Shown here: piece after piece, positions 19,376-29,538 of the stretch
How the letters are laid out: each line of letters opens with the position of its first letter
How positions within the stretch are numbered: position 1 is the stretch's first letter
Assembly: GCA_032128395.1 (NCBI GenBank)
Contig: JAQBGV010000194.1
Location: 13,120 to 77,119 of the forward strand
Direction: 5' to 3'
Source: Planctomycetota bacterium
GTDB taxonomy: Bacteria > Planctomycetota > UBA8108 > UBA1146
DNA: 64,000 bases
Position numbers and translations under genes: made by a program
The notes under the pieces: model-generated
What the model saw: the letters and a program-made list of their open reading frames with translations, nothing else
Database searches by the model: none
What the model was told of the DNA's origin: nothing

Positions 19376-21082
19376 CTAGCCGATGATCGTTTCCTTCACC
19401 ACTTCCTCGATCGTGGTGATCCCGTCGAAGAGGTGCAGCATCCCCGAGTCTCTCAGGGTGCGCATGCCGTCCTCTCTCGCCGCGATCGCGATCTCCTGGG
19501 TCGACGCGCCGCTGAGGATCAGATCGGCGAGGCGGTCGCTCATCAGCATGATCTCGAAGAGTGCGATCCGGCCCTTGTAGCCGGAACTGTTGCACCTCTT
19601 GCAACCCTTGCCATAGAAGAACGTCCGGCCGGCGACTTCGGATCGCGTGAGCTCGAGCTCCATCAACATCTCGTCGGTCGGCTCGTACTCGGTCTTGCAG
19701 GCTTCGCAGATCCGCCGCACCAAGCGCTGTGCGACGACCGCCTGGAGGGTCGCGGTGATCAGGAATGCCTCGACCCCCAGGTCGATGAGTCGGATCACCG
19801 AGGACGGGGCGTCGTTGGTGTGCAGGGTCGAGAACACGATGTGCCCGGTCAGGCTCGCCTCGACCGCAATCTGGCCGGTCTCGAGGTCGCGGATCTCCCC
19901 GACCAGGATCTTGTCTGGGTCCTGCCTGAGGATCGATCGCAGGCAGGCCGCAAAGGTCACCCCGATCTCCTCGTTGATCGGCACCTGCACAATGCCTTCG
20001 ATGTTGTACTCGACCGGATCCTCCGTAGTGATGATCTTGATCCCGGGATCGTTCGCCTCGGCCAGACAGGAATAGAGCGTGGTAGTTTTCCCGGAGCCGG
20101 TCGGCCCGGTGACCAGGATGATCCCGTTCGGTCTGGCGATCAGCTTGCGAAGCACCTCGAGGTCCCTCTGACGGAGGCCGATCTGCTCCAGGTCGAGCGA
20201 GACGTTCGAGCGGTCGAGGACCCGCATCACCACAGACTCGCCGTGCATCGTAGGAAGGGTGGAAACCCGGAGATCGACGGGGTTGCCGGCGATGTTCAGC
20301 TCGATCCGACCGTCCTGGGGAAGGCGTGTCTCGGCGATGTCGAGGTGCGACATCACTTTCACCCGCGAGATCACCGCACGGGCGAGCTGGATCGGCGGAG
20401 GTATCATCTCGTACAGGATTCCATCGACCCGGTACCGCACCTTGAATTCCGTCTCGAACGGCTCGAGGTGGATGTCCGAGGCCCGATCCTTGATCGCGGT
20501 GAGGAGGATCATGTTGAGGAGCTTGACAACAGGAGCGGCGTTGACGTCCCTCTCGAGTTGATCGAGATCCATCAACCTCTCGCGCTCGTCCACGATGGCG
20601 AAGTCGTCGCCGCCGAGCGTTCCGATCAGTGACTCCATCGATTCGGACTTGCCCGCATAGAACTTTTCGAAGGCGGCGGCGACCGCCACAGGGTCGCTCA
20701 CAGCACCCTTGACGTCACAGTTCAGCATGAACTTGAGATCGTCGAGCATGCTGATGTTCAGCGGATCGGCGAGCGCAACGGTCAGCACCTGGCCATCGAA
20801 GGAGACCGGGATCACCTGATAGGTCTCGGCGACTGTCACCGGGACCATGTCGATCAACTCTGGGGTGATCGTCGCAAGGGCGAGGTCGATGACGTCCATT
20901 CCGGACTGGCGACCGAGCGCTTCCGTCAGCTGCCGGTCGTCGATCTGGCCGCTGTCGACGAGAATGCGGCCGAGCGCTCCGCCCCTCTCCTTCTGGGCGT
21001 TGAGTGCCTCTTGAATGTCGAACTCGCTGACCAGCTTCATCTCTTTCAAGATTTGGCCGAGCGGCTTTGTCGCGATCGCCAT
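19376..21082 (-). CDS. pilB: Type IV pilus assembly ATPase (PilB/GspE family), paralog 2
   Basis: MshEN-like N-terminus LGQIL, ASDIHLEP, GPTGSGKTTT, LRQDPD, STLHTN, tetracysteine CEAC/CKRC. Confidence 0.92.
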   Translation of the reverse strand: MAIATKPLGQILKEMKLVSEFDIQEALNAQKERGGALGRILVDSGQIDDRQLTEALGRQSGMDVIDLALATITPELIDMVPVTVAETYQVIPVSFDGQVLTVALADPLNISMLDDLKFMLNCDVKGAVSDPVAVAAAFEKFYAGKSESMESLIGTLGGDDFAIVDERERLMDLDQLERDVNAAPVVKLLNMILLTAIKDRASDIHLEPFETEFKVRYRVDGILYEMIPPPIQLARAVISRVKVMSHLDIAETRLPQDGRIELNIAGNPVDLRVSTLPTMHGESVVMRVLDRSNVSLDLEQIGLRQRDLEVLRKLIARPNGIILVTGPTGSGKTTTLYSCLAEANDPGIKIITTEDPVEYNIEGIVQVPINEEIGVTFAACLRSILRQDPDKILVGEIRDLETGQIAVEASLTGHIVFSTLHTNDAPSSVIRLIDLGVEAFLITATLQAVVAQRLVRRICEACKTEYEPTDEMLMELELTRSEVAGRTFFYGKGCKRCNSSGYKGRIALFEIMLMSDRLADLILSGASTQEIAIAAREDGMRTLRDSGMLHLFDGITTIEEVVKETIIG

Positions 21083-21137
21083 GATTTCCTCTTGTCACTC
21101 ACGCCCCTCGAGGGGGCAACGTTCGAGCGCTCTTCGC

Positions 21138-22835
21138 TCAGAGAGCGAGATCCGCGGCGCTCGTGACGCGCAGGATCTCGTCAAGGGTCGTGACCCCGCC
21201 CAGGAACTTTCGCACGGCGTCCTGTTGGAGGGTCGTCATTCCCTCGCTGATCGCCTTCGCGCGCAGGTCCTTGGTCGGCGTCTTCTTGAAGGTCATGTCT
21301 CGCAGATCGGTCGACAACTCCATCAGCTCGTAGACCCCTTGGCGACCGCGATAGCCGGCACCGTTGCATTCGTGGCACCCGACTGAGCGGTACACGGTCG
21401 CACCACCGAGGTCGCTCACTCTCAAGCCGATCTGACGCAACTCGATCTCGGTGGGATCGTATTGTTCGCGGCACTTTTCGCAGATGCGCCGGATCAGGCG
21501 CTGACCCATGATCGCCATCACCGCGGAGGCGACCAGGAACGGCTTCACTCCCATGTCGATCAGACGCGTCAGGGCCGACGGAGCATCGTTGGTGTGGAGG
21601 GTCGAGAAGACCAGGTGCCCGGTCAGCGCGGCCTGGATCGCGATATCCGCGGTCTCGCGGTCGCGGATCTCCCCGACCAGGATGATGTTCGGGGCCTGGC
21701 GCATCATCGCGCGCAGGATCCGCTGGAAGTCGAGTCCGATCTCGTGTCGGACCTCCGACTGGTTGATCCCGGCGATGTTGTACTCGATCGGGTTCTCGGC
21801 GGTGATGATCTTCACGTCAGGCCGGTTGAGCTGCTTGAGCGCCGCGTAGAGCGTGGTGGTCTTCCCCGATCCAGTCGGGCCGGTGACGAGAAAAATTCCG
21901 TTCGGGCGTTTGATGATCTTGTTGAACCGGCCGAGGTCCGACTCATGGAAGCCGAGGACGGGCAGGTCGACCAGTCCCTTTTCCTTGTCGAGGATCCGCA
22001 TCACGACCGATTCGCCGTGCACGGCGGGGAGCGCGGAGACCCGCAGGTCGATCTCCCGACCGTGCAGTCTCAGCTTGATCCGACCGTCCTGAGGGCGCCG
22101 TTTCTCGGCCATGTCCATGTGGGACATGATCTTGATCCGGGAGATCACGGGCCCCTGCAGCTTCTTCGGCGGGGATTCCATCACCTTGCAGACCCCGTCG
22201 ATCCGGTACCGGACCCGGAGCGTCTTCTCGAACGGCTCGATGTGGATGTCGGAGGCGCGCTCCTTGAGCGCGTTCGCGATCAGCATCTGTACCAGCTTGA
22301 TCACCGGCGCGTCGTTCGCATCACCGTCGTCACCGGCGTCAGCCTCGCGACCGAACTGGACGTTCGCCCCGGTGGAGTCGCCGAGGACACTGTCGTAGCC
22401 CCCCGACAGGCGGTAGTAGTCGTCGAGCGCCTCCTCGACCGCCTCGGGGGTCGCGAGTGCGCAATCGACCTCAGCCCCGAGGATGAAGCGGAGGTTGTCG
22501 AGGGTGAAGAAGTCGAGCGGGTCGCTCATGGCGATGATCAGCTTGCGGCCCTTTTGCGCGACCGGAATGATCTTGTGCTCGAGCGCGACGTCCTTCGGAA
22601 CTCGGTCGAGCAGTTCCTTGGGGATCGTGTGCTGTGAGATGTTCGCGTAGGGGAGCTGGAAGTGGGTCGCGAGGGCGCGGGTGACGTGCTCTTGTGTGCA
22701 GTGTCCGAGGCGGACGAGTGCCTCGCCGATCCGGCAGTGGTTCGCGCGTTGATAGTCGAGGGCCTTCTGGAGCTGCTCCTCCGTCGCCCACCCCTTCGCG
22801 CGAAGGATCTCGCCGACTTTCTTCTTCACACTCAT
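21138..22835 (-). CDS. pilB: Type IV pilus assembly ATPase (PilB/GspE family), paralog 1
   Basis: VGEIL...RIGEAL N-terminus, ASDIHIEP, GPTGSGKTTT, STLHTN, CEKC/CHEC. Confidence 0.92.
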   Translation of the reverse strand: MSVKKKVGEILRAKGWATEEQLQKALDYQRANHCRIGEALVRLGHCTQEHVTRALATHFQLPYANISQHTIPKELLDRVPKDVALEHKIIPVAQKGRKLIIAMSDPLDFFTLDNLRFILGAEVDCALATPEAVEEALDDYYRLSGGYDSVLGDSTGANVQFGREADAGDDGDANDAPVIKLVQMLIANALKERASDIHIEPFEKTLRVRYRIDGVCKVMESPPKKLQGPVISRIKIMSHMDMAEKRRPQDGRIKLRLHGREIDLRVSALPAVHGESVVMRILDKEKGLVDLPVLGFHESDLGRFNKIIKRPNGIFLVTGPTGSGKTTTLYAALKQLNRPDVKIITAENPIEYNIAGINQSEVRHEIGLDFQRILRAMMRQAPNIILVGEIRDRETADIAIQAALTGHLVFSTLHTNDAPSALTRLIDMGVKPFLVASAVMAIMGQRLIRRICEKCREQYDPTEIELRQIGLRVSDLGGATVYRSVGCHECNGAGYRGRQGVYELMELSTDLRDMTFKKTPTKDLRAKAISEGMTTLQQDAVRKFLGGVTTLDEILRVTSAADLAL

Positions 22836-23329
22836 CTCCTCCGTCCCTCCGAGTTCCCGAGCGAGACCCGGGAGGGAAATGGTCCGACTCCGACGATGCA
22901 GTCCGGGAGACGCTCAGTCGGTTCGAAGGGGTCAAGCGAGGAATCGAGTCGGACCGCGTGACACGCACCAACGCTGCGACCTGGCGCGGACACCCCTCCG
23001 CGCGTCGCAATCCGCTGGCCCGCTCCACAGGCTCGACGAATCTCCCCGAACGCTCGCCCGAGTGGACGGCGCCAGTGGTGGTGGACCCATGAAGACCGGT
23101 CACCGCTGGTGAGCACCGTTGTGTCGGGACTCGCCCGATGGGTCCGGCGGGACCCTCCGGGGCTTGCTCCACTTCCGTCTTCTCGCAAGGGTCGCCCGGC
23201 GAGCACGCAGGGGTACGCGGGCCGAGTGGCCCACCCTCCGCTCTCTCGCCCGTATACCGGTGGAGAAGACCCGATGGTACGGGGATCAGCCCATCTGTCA
23301 AGGGATGCGGCGATTGGGGGCCTCCTGAG

Positions 23330-23759
23330 GTCGCTCCTACGTCCGCCTCCTCGGCGATCCTCGCAACTAGTGTCGTCCGGGTGCTCACTGCCGATCCGAT
23401 CGTCGAGATGGCCCTGCTGGTCCTGCTGCTCATTTTCTTCTTCGGCGGAGTGGTGAACATGCTGCGCAACGTGCTCCTCGACCGACCCGTCGATTCCAAC
23501 AAGATCGTCAGAGCGGTGGTCGCATACCTGATGATCGGGATCAGTGGGGCGGTGCTCTACCCGCTCATCCTCAGCGCCGATCCGCAACGGTTTTGCGGAC
23601 TCGACGGTCTGGAGGGAATGGCAAGAAGGCGAACATTCAGCCCGCTCCACGGCGATCTTCGAGGCAGTGGTCGGACAGTTCTTCATCGCTGTCGTCGTCG
23701 TGGGACTGGTCGCCCTGTTGATCAACGATCCGAGTCACGGGCGCGAGGGAGGAGGCTGA
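23330..23759 (+). pseudogene. Remnant of a two-TM potassium/ion channel family gene with the pore region deleted and a frameshift
   Basis: One frame reads VDSNKIVRAVVAYLMIGISGAVLYPLILSADPQRF; another reads ARSTAIFEAVVGQFFIAVVVVGLVALL. The expected intervening YFSFxTLTTxGYGD is missing. The 5' boundary is approximate. Confidence 0.6.
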
Positions 23760-24046
23760 GACCGGGGTCGGAAGCCTCCATCTCAGCCCGTCTTGCGACG
23801 GCTTGCCACGAAAATGCCGTCTCTGTAGGATACCGCGCTTCCGTGGAGAGCACGGTGCCGTGGCTGGCGTTGCGAGCGCATGCTCGGCGCGTTTTCCATA
23901 CCCCTGACTCGCACCGCGATGGGCTTGGGTAGCACGGGTCGCGACCCGTGCGTCCCGTCGCGGTCGATGCGATCGCTCTCGGCGTGCGGAACCGATACCG
24001 CCGGGCCGAGCCCGATCTCCTTAGATGCATCCGAAAGGACCTGCCG

Positions 24047-24589
24047 ATGCGTGCGTTCCTCTGCCTCTCCCTCCTCGTCCTCACCGCGGGGTGCGCCACG
24101 TCGAGCGGTGGGCCGGTCTTTCGACTCCGTCCTGCACCCGACCCGGCCACTGGAACACCGGCCAAGAGATTCACCGGCACCGCCGGGGTCACCGTCGATA
24201 CACAGAGCCACGACCTCGGTTTCTCGATCGTCGCTCGCCCCAGCAGCTGGTACGTCGCGCCCGAGGTCGGCTTCACGATCGCCTCCGACAGCGACCGAGC
24301 CTCAGAGATCTTCGCGGGTGGCCGGGTGGCGGCGCGACTCACCGAGCTCCCGATCGAAGTCTACGTGAATGGGGGGTACTCCTATGTCGATGGCATCCCC
24401 TCCCCGGCGGCCCCCGCGCCTCCCGTGGATGACACTTCCTCCAGCTACTACGCGGGGGTGGGCGCGCAGATCTTCCTGGGCGATCAAGAGGGTGCTTTCA
24501 TCGGAGTGGGATTCCGTTTCGTCGGCCACGACGACCTCTCCAGCGAAGAGGAGAGCGAGGCCCAGTTGTCGATCGGATGGGCCTGGTAG
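24047..24589 (+). CDS. Putative lipoprotein / small outer-membrane beta-barrel
   Basis: Signal peptide with lipobox LTAGC, amphipathic strands (VYVNGGYSY, YYAGVGAQIF, FIGVGFRF), C-terminal LSIGWAW. Confidence 0.65.
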   Translation: MRAFLCLSLLVLTAGCATSSGGPVFRLRPAPDPATGTPAKRFTGTAGVTVDTQSHDLGFSIVARPSSWYVAPEVGFTIASDSDRASEIFAGGRVAARLTELPIEVYVNGGYSYVDGIPSPAAPAPPVDDTSSSYYAGVGAQIFLGDQEGAFIGVGFRFVGHDDLSSEEESEAQLSIGWAW

Positions 24590-24660
24590 TCGGCGAGCTC
24601 TTCGACGATGCGGCCGCAGTAGAACTCGAGGGTTCGATCGAACCCGCGATGCACTCCCTG

Positions 24661-27049
24661 CTACCCGCCATGCCCGCTGACGAAGGCGCGAATCCCGGCG
24701 GTTTGGGCCTTGCGCTGTGCTGCCGGGGCCGTGGGGTCGAACTCCGGGAGACCCTCCGGGTAGAAGCCGCGGAGTCCGAGATGGGCGACCCTTCTCAGGC
24801 CCGCCCCCTTCGCGTCGAGATCATGAAGCAACTCCGGGATCAGGGCGCGGACTCCGTGGCGGAGAGCGGCTCGGGCGACCACCTCTCGCAGCGGGGCCGA
24901 CGGGGGGATCGTTCGGAGTTCTGTGGTAGAGAGCCCGGACTTCGCTCTCATCGGGAGGTTGGTTCGACTCGATGATCTCGGTGGCGCGGAGCCAGTCGGC
25001 ATGCCACCTCAGACAGGCTCCGGCGTCCCCCGGTGGATGCCCGAGAACCGACTCCAATGCCTCGTCGATCATCTTCCTGCTGTTCTTCTCGGTCGTCGAT
25101 TCGCCGATCCGGACGAGAGCGGGGACCAGAGCGCCCTTCCTCCCCGGCTCACAGGATGAGACGACGGACGCGAGGATCTTCAGGGAAGACCGCCGCGGTC
25201 GTCTCGAGAGAGCACGAACGAGTTCGGGCCAGTGCAAGCAGGTGTCGAGTTCCGGGATGTAGACCCATTCGAGCGTTCCGGAGCTTCGATTCGCCGCGCC
25301 TTCACCGGTGACCACGATTCGTTCGATCGGACTCGTAGTCACCAGCGATGTCGCACGCCGCAGGACGAGCAGTGCGAACGCGGTCGAGACCCGAGGGCTC
25401 TCCCCCCACATCGAAGTGTTCGGCCACGAGCCGTCGGCACGCTGCTGCCCGAGCGCCCATTTCGCGCACTCGTCGTACCAGTCCTTTCCGTCGAGCCGCT
25501 CGATCCGGCCGATGTCCGCCACCTTCTCGAGGCTGTACAGCCCGTAGTAGCTCGCGAACGGGTTCCAGTTCTCGAGGAGCCAGCCGAGGCCGTCGCGGAT
25601 CCCCGCCTCGATCCGGGTGCGTTCGTCCGTGGAGAGGCGAGCCCCGCCGTTCTCTCGCACGAGCAACAGGCTGGAGGTGCCGGCGCAGACTCGGTTCCAA
25701 CGATTGCCGTCCATCGCGATCGGATGCCCAGGGCTGTACTCGAATTCGCGGGCGCGTACTTCGAGCCCGTTCGCTCCGGTGATCGCCCGATCCGCGGCAT
25801 CGGGGTCGACCGCGGTCCCTCCTCCCCGTTTCCGCCGAACCGGCGGCTCGCTCTCAGCTCGGGTTCTGCGGGGTGCGAGCTCGACTCGCTTCCCGGTGAC
25901 CGGTCCTTCGTCTCGTTGCAAGGACAAGAGATAGTGGGCCGACCGGCTCCACACCTCCGGTGGGATCTGCACTCCGCGTCGCCCCGCGATCGCCAGCGCG
26001 AGCACCACGAACTGAGTGCAGGAGATGTCCGCGGTGTTCTCGGATGGGAAGTAATGCCACCCCCCCTCCGCGTTCTGCGACGAGAGCAGGCCCCCGGTCA
26101 GTCGGGCGATCCGACGGCGGTGCTCCAGGCCGATACCGGGGTTACCGATCACCTGGGCGGGGTCGATCCCGGGGGAGGCGAGGAGGCCGTCCTCCTCGAT
26201 CTGCGCGATCGCCGCATCCCGAGCGAAGATCTCGGAGCAGACCCCGTAGCAGTACTGCCGCTTCTCGAGATTCCGCTCGAGGTGGGCGAAGTTCGCGATG
26301 ATCTCGGGGTGGTCGACCGCGACCCCGGCGACGATGAGCGCGTAGGTCTCGAACGCGACCTGCGCACTCTTGTCCTTGACGTTCACCTCGTCGAAGACCC
26401 GCTCCGCTGCGACCTGTTCGAGGAGCCAATCGGTCCCGAGATCGATGGCCCGCGCGATCGCGGCACTTCGCTGCATCCCCTCGGTGGGAGCGACCTGCTT
26501 CACCCCGGGCGCGGTCGGCCCGATCGCAGTTGGGTCGTGTCGATAGAGCTCCGGTGGTGCGATCGAGAACTCCCGCGCTCCGGGCGGGAGCCACTCGAGG
26601 ACCAGGCTCGACCCCCCTCCTGCATCGAAATGCTCGATCGTGAAGGGGTGCTCCCCTCGCGGGAGCGCGATCTCTCCTTCGAGTCCGGTCGCCCCGTGGG
26701 TGCCGTCGTGATCCACCACCAGTGTCGCCCCGATGCGCAGCCGCGAACCGTCGTCGGAAACGAGTCGAAAATGGAACACCGCGGAGCGCGGGACCCGGAG
26801 GAACCCGCTCACCCGGCAGAAGAACCGCGGCTCGACCGGCTGGAACGATCCCGAGTCGAGACTCAGGTCGATGCGCTCGATCACTCGGACGACGTTCGGC
26901 AGCGCCTCCGGATCGATCCGGGGGATCGCCACAAGACTCTCTCCGAGCTGGAACATCTCGAGGATCGCCCCGGGCGAGAGACCCTCCTGGTCCGGCCCAG
27001 CGGAGAGCAGGAGGGGGGAAACGAGGAGGAGTGCGAGGCGGCGGCGCAA
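24661..27049 (-). CDS. Secreted PA14-domain + prenyltransferase/squalene-cyclase-repeat protein, with a probable +1 frameshift near 24900-24930
   Basis: PA14 motif FRLVSDDGSRL...VVDHDGTHG...HFDAGGG; QW-like repeats QNAEGGWHY and QRADGSWP. A helical C-terminus continues in the 24661..25002 frame. TTG start at 27049 is inferred. Confidence 0.7.
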
Positions 27050-27348
27050 TGGTTCTCCCTCTCCGCGATTCGAAGTGCGAATCGACAGTATCGATGCTCC
27101 GGGTCTCGATTGCCGTTCCGGGCCCGCTCCTGTCTCCCACTCCTCTCGAGCAGCGGGGCCCAACGCCCCCCGCCCGCTGGCGGCCATCCGAATCCGCATC
27201 ACAACTCGTAAGCCACAAACAACTTACGCCGAGGGGTGCGGATGAGTGGTAGGATGGGACTACCTCTCGCACACCCCCCCGCGAACCGGATCGCACCATC
27301 GAGCAGCGGCGCCCGTCGCAATCGCGATCCTCCATTGGAGTGAGAACC

Positions 27349-28668
27349 ATGATCGACCCGTGCATCCTGCGCGGCGCCCTGGCCGCCGCGCTCATCGGTT
27401 TGCTTGGAACTTCCGCCGCATCCGCCCAGGTGAACGACCTCTATCAGCTTCGCATCGAGAGCGCGTCCGTCCCGCTCGGGGGAACGGTCGCCCTCAGCGT
27501 AACCCTCGACAGCGCCGGCGGGAACATCGAGGGCTGGTCCTTTGGTGTCTGCCACGACCAGACTCGGCTCACGGGGACCACCATCGCGCCGGGGTCCACT
27601 ACCCTGACCGTGAAGAATGGCTCCCCGGCCGACTTCGCAATGGTCAACGAGTACGCCACCGGCTGGACCGCCGGCGTGGTGATCTGCCTGACCGGCTGCG
27701 CAGTCCTCCCCCCCGGGATGGGTTACGAGCTCTACGTCGCGAACTACCAGGAGATCGGAGGGGACCCGAACTTCACCGACGTGTGTTTCTGCGACTCCCT
27801 GGGGTCTCCCCCCGTGTACAGCATCGTCGTCGTCGGCGCTCAGTCGATGACCCCGGAGACGCACTGCGGCACCGTCGAATCGGTCGATTCGTTTCCGTAC
27901 CGCTTCCGGGCGGCCGATGCGATCGGAACCTACTCCCCCCTCGATGGTGTCGGCTCGGTGGTCGCCGATCTCTTTGTCAGAGAGAACGACCTCGTAGCCG
28001 CGGCGCAGAACACCGAGGCTTTCGCGATGGGAGTCTCCCACGATCCGACCCTGCTCATCCCGACCGGTGTGACGACGACCGGTCCGGTCGCCTCCCTCGG
28101 AGGTGGTTCGGGACCCGACTTCTTCGGCCCGAACCTGATGGCGAGCGGGGTCACCGTCGGCGTGGTCTATTCGTTCCTCTCCACGCAGACCGTCCAATTC
28201 GCGAACGAGAGTGCGGTCGCGCGGATCCACTACGACACCGTCGCCTCCAACTTGGCCGGAAACGATATCGGCACCACGACCCCGCTCCAGTGGAGCGACC
28301 TGCTCGGCGCACCCCCGGTGCGTAACGTGATGGTCGTATCGGGAACTAGCCTCGGCGTCGAACTCGTCGGCGGCAGCATCGAGCTGATCGCCACGGTCGC
28401 GACCCCGTTCAAGCGCGGAGACTGCAATGGGGACAGTGCGCTGAATCTCGCGGACGGGATCTGGCTCCTGAATTACTTGTTCCTCAATGGACCGTCCCGC
28501 GAGTGCATCTCCGCCTGCGACACCGACGACAACGACGACCTAGGAATCCTGGACGCCGTGCTGCTGATCCAACACTGGATCATCGGCGGCCCGCCACCGG
28601 CCGCGCCCTACCCAGGCTGCGGCATCGACACGAACGCGATCTGCCCGGTCTACCCGGGTTGCCCGTAG
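27349..28668 (+). CDS. Secreted protein with two cohesin-like beta domains and a C-terminal dockerin-like domain
   Basis: Signal peptide (SASA), internal repeat GWSFGVCHD / AFAMGVSHD, EF-hand-like pair FKRGDCNGDSALNLAD and CDTDDNDDLGILD. Confidence 0.75.
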   Translation: MIDPCILRGALAAALIGLLGTSAASAQVNDLYQLRIESASVPLGGTVALSVTLDSAGGNIEGWSFGVCHDQTRLTGTTIAPGSTTLTVKNGSPADFAMVNEYATGWTAGVVICLTGCAVLPPGMGYELYVANYQEIGGDPNFTDVCFCDSLGSPPVYSIVVVGAQSMTPETHCGTVESVDSFPYRFRAADAIGTYSPLDGVGSVVADLFVRENDLVAAAQNTEAFAMGVSHDPTLLIPTGVTTTGPVASLGGGSGPDFFGPNLMASGVTVGVVYSFLSTQTVQFANESAVARIHYDTVASNLAGNDIGTTTPLQWSDLLGAPPVRNVMVVSGTSLGVELVGGSIELIATVATPFKRGDCNGDSALNLADGIWLLNYLFLNGPSRECISACDTDDNDDLGILDAVLLIQHWIIGGPPPAAPYPGCGIDTNAICPVYPGCP

Positions 28669-28680
28669 CGAGACCAAGGA

Positions 28681-28713
28681 CCGCGAGCGAGAGGGGCCTG
28701 CGAGCCAGGCCCC
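28681..28713. repeat. REP-like palindrome, inverted copy of the 14761/14851 family
   Basis: CCGCGAGCGAGAGGGGCCTG-CGAGC-CAGGCCCC, between convergent genes. Confidence 0.75.
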
Positions 28714-28734
28714 TAGCAAATCCCCCCAGCCCCC

Positions 28735-29538
28735 CTAGCAACGCCTCCACGTGACGACCGTGAGGTCGTCTGGCTTTCCGCCTGACTTCATCCGCTCCCG
28801 GCAGCGTGCGACCAATTCGGTCATCGCCGCCGGGAGCGGTCCTTTTCGGAGGATTTCGCCGATGGCTACCGGGTCGAGATTGTCGAAGAGGCCGTCGGAG
28901 GCGAGCAGGACCGTGTCGCGGCGCGCGATCGGGTGGATGGGGCCGATATCGATCCGCATCCCACGCGATCCGACGATGTTCGAGACGACGTGCCGTTCTT
29001 CGTGGACCCGTGCGTCCTTCTCGCTGAGCATCCCCGACTCGACCGCATACCCGGTCGGGGAGTGCATGATCGTCTGAAGCTTGAGCTTGCCGCGTCCCCC
29101 GATCTGGATCACCGCCGAGTCACCGACGTGGTAGGTCCGCAGCGTCTCGCTAACAATCTCGACGACGACCAGGGTGGTCGCCGCTCCGGTGCCGAGGGCG
29201 AGGATCTCTCGATTCCCCGCCTCGAACCCGTCGAGTATCCCATCGCGGAGTTCGCGGTCCCCTTCGACCGCCGCCCGGATCGCCTGTGCGAGTTGTTCGA
29301 GCGCGATCCGAGACGCTGCGCCCCCTCCGGAGTGTCCGCCGAGACCATCCGCGACCGCGAGGACCGTTCGGTCGGCATCGACGGACAGCACGAGGAGACA
29401 GTCCTCGTTCTCGCTCCCCTTGTCGGGTTCGCGCAGGGTCTCGAACGCGACGACCCCGCACCCCACCGCGATCACATCTCGGGCGCTCGCCTCGCCGACG
29501 ACCCGCCGCTCGAACGGGATCACGGAGCTCTCGGTCAT
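28735..29538 (-). CDS. PP2C-family Ser/Thr protein phosphatase
   Basis: NED, VADGLGG, HVGDS, LASDGL and DDLT motifs. Confidence 0.93.
   Translation of the reverse strand: MTESSVIPFERRVVGEASARDVIAVGCGVVAFETLREPDKGSENEDCLLVLSVDADRTVLAVADGLGGHSGGGAASRIALEQLAQAIRAAVEGDRELRDGILDGFEAGNREILALGTGAATTLVVVEIVSETLRTYHVGDSAVIQIGGRGKLKLQTIMHSPTGYAVESGMLSEKDARVHEERHVVSNIVGSRGMRIDIGPIHPIARRDTVLLASDGLFDNLDPVAIGEILRKGPLPAAMTELVARCRERMKSGGKPDDLTVVTWRRC

Noticed and set aside
22836-23330. ORFs upstream of pilB (22832..23725 - and others)
   Set aside because: Low-complexity translations; more likely promoter region plus decayed sequence.
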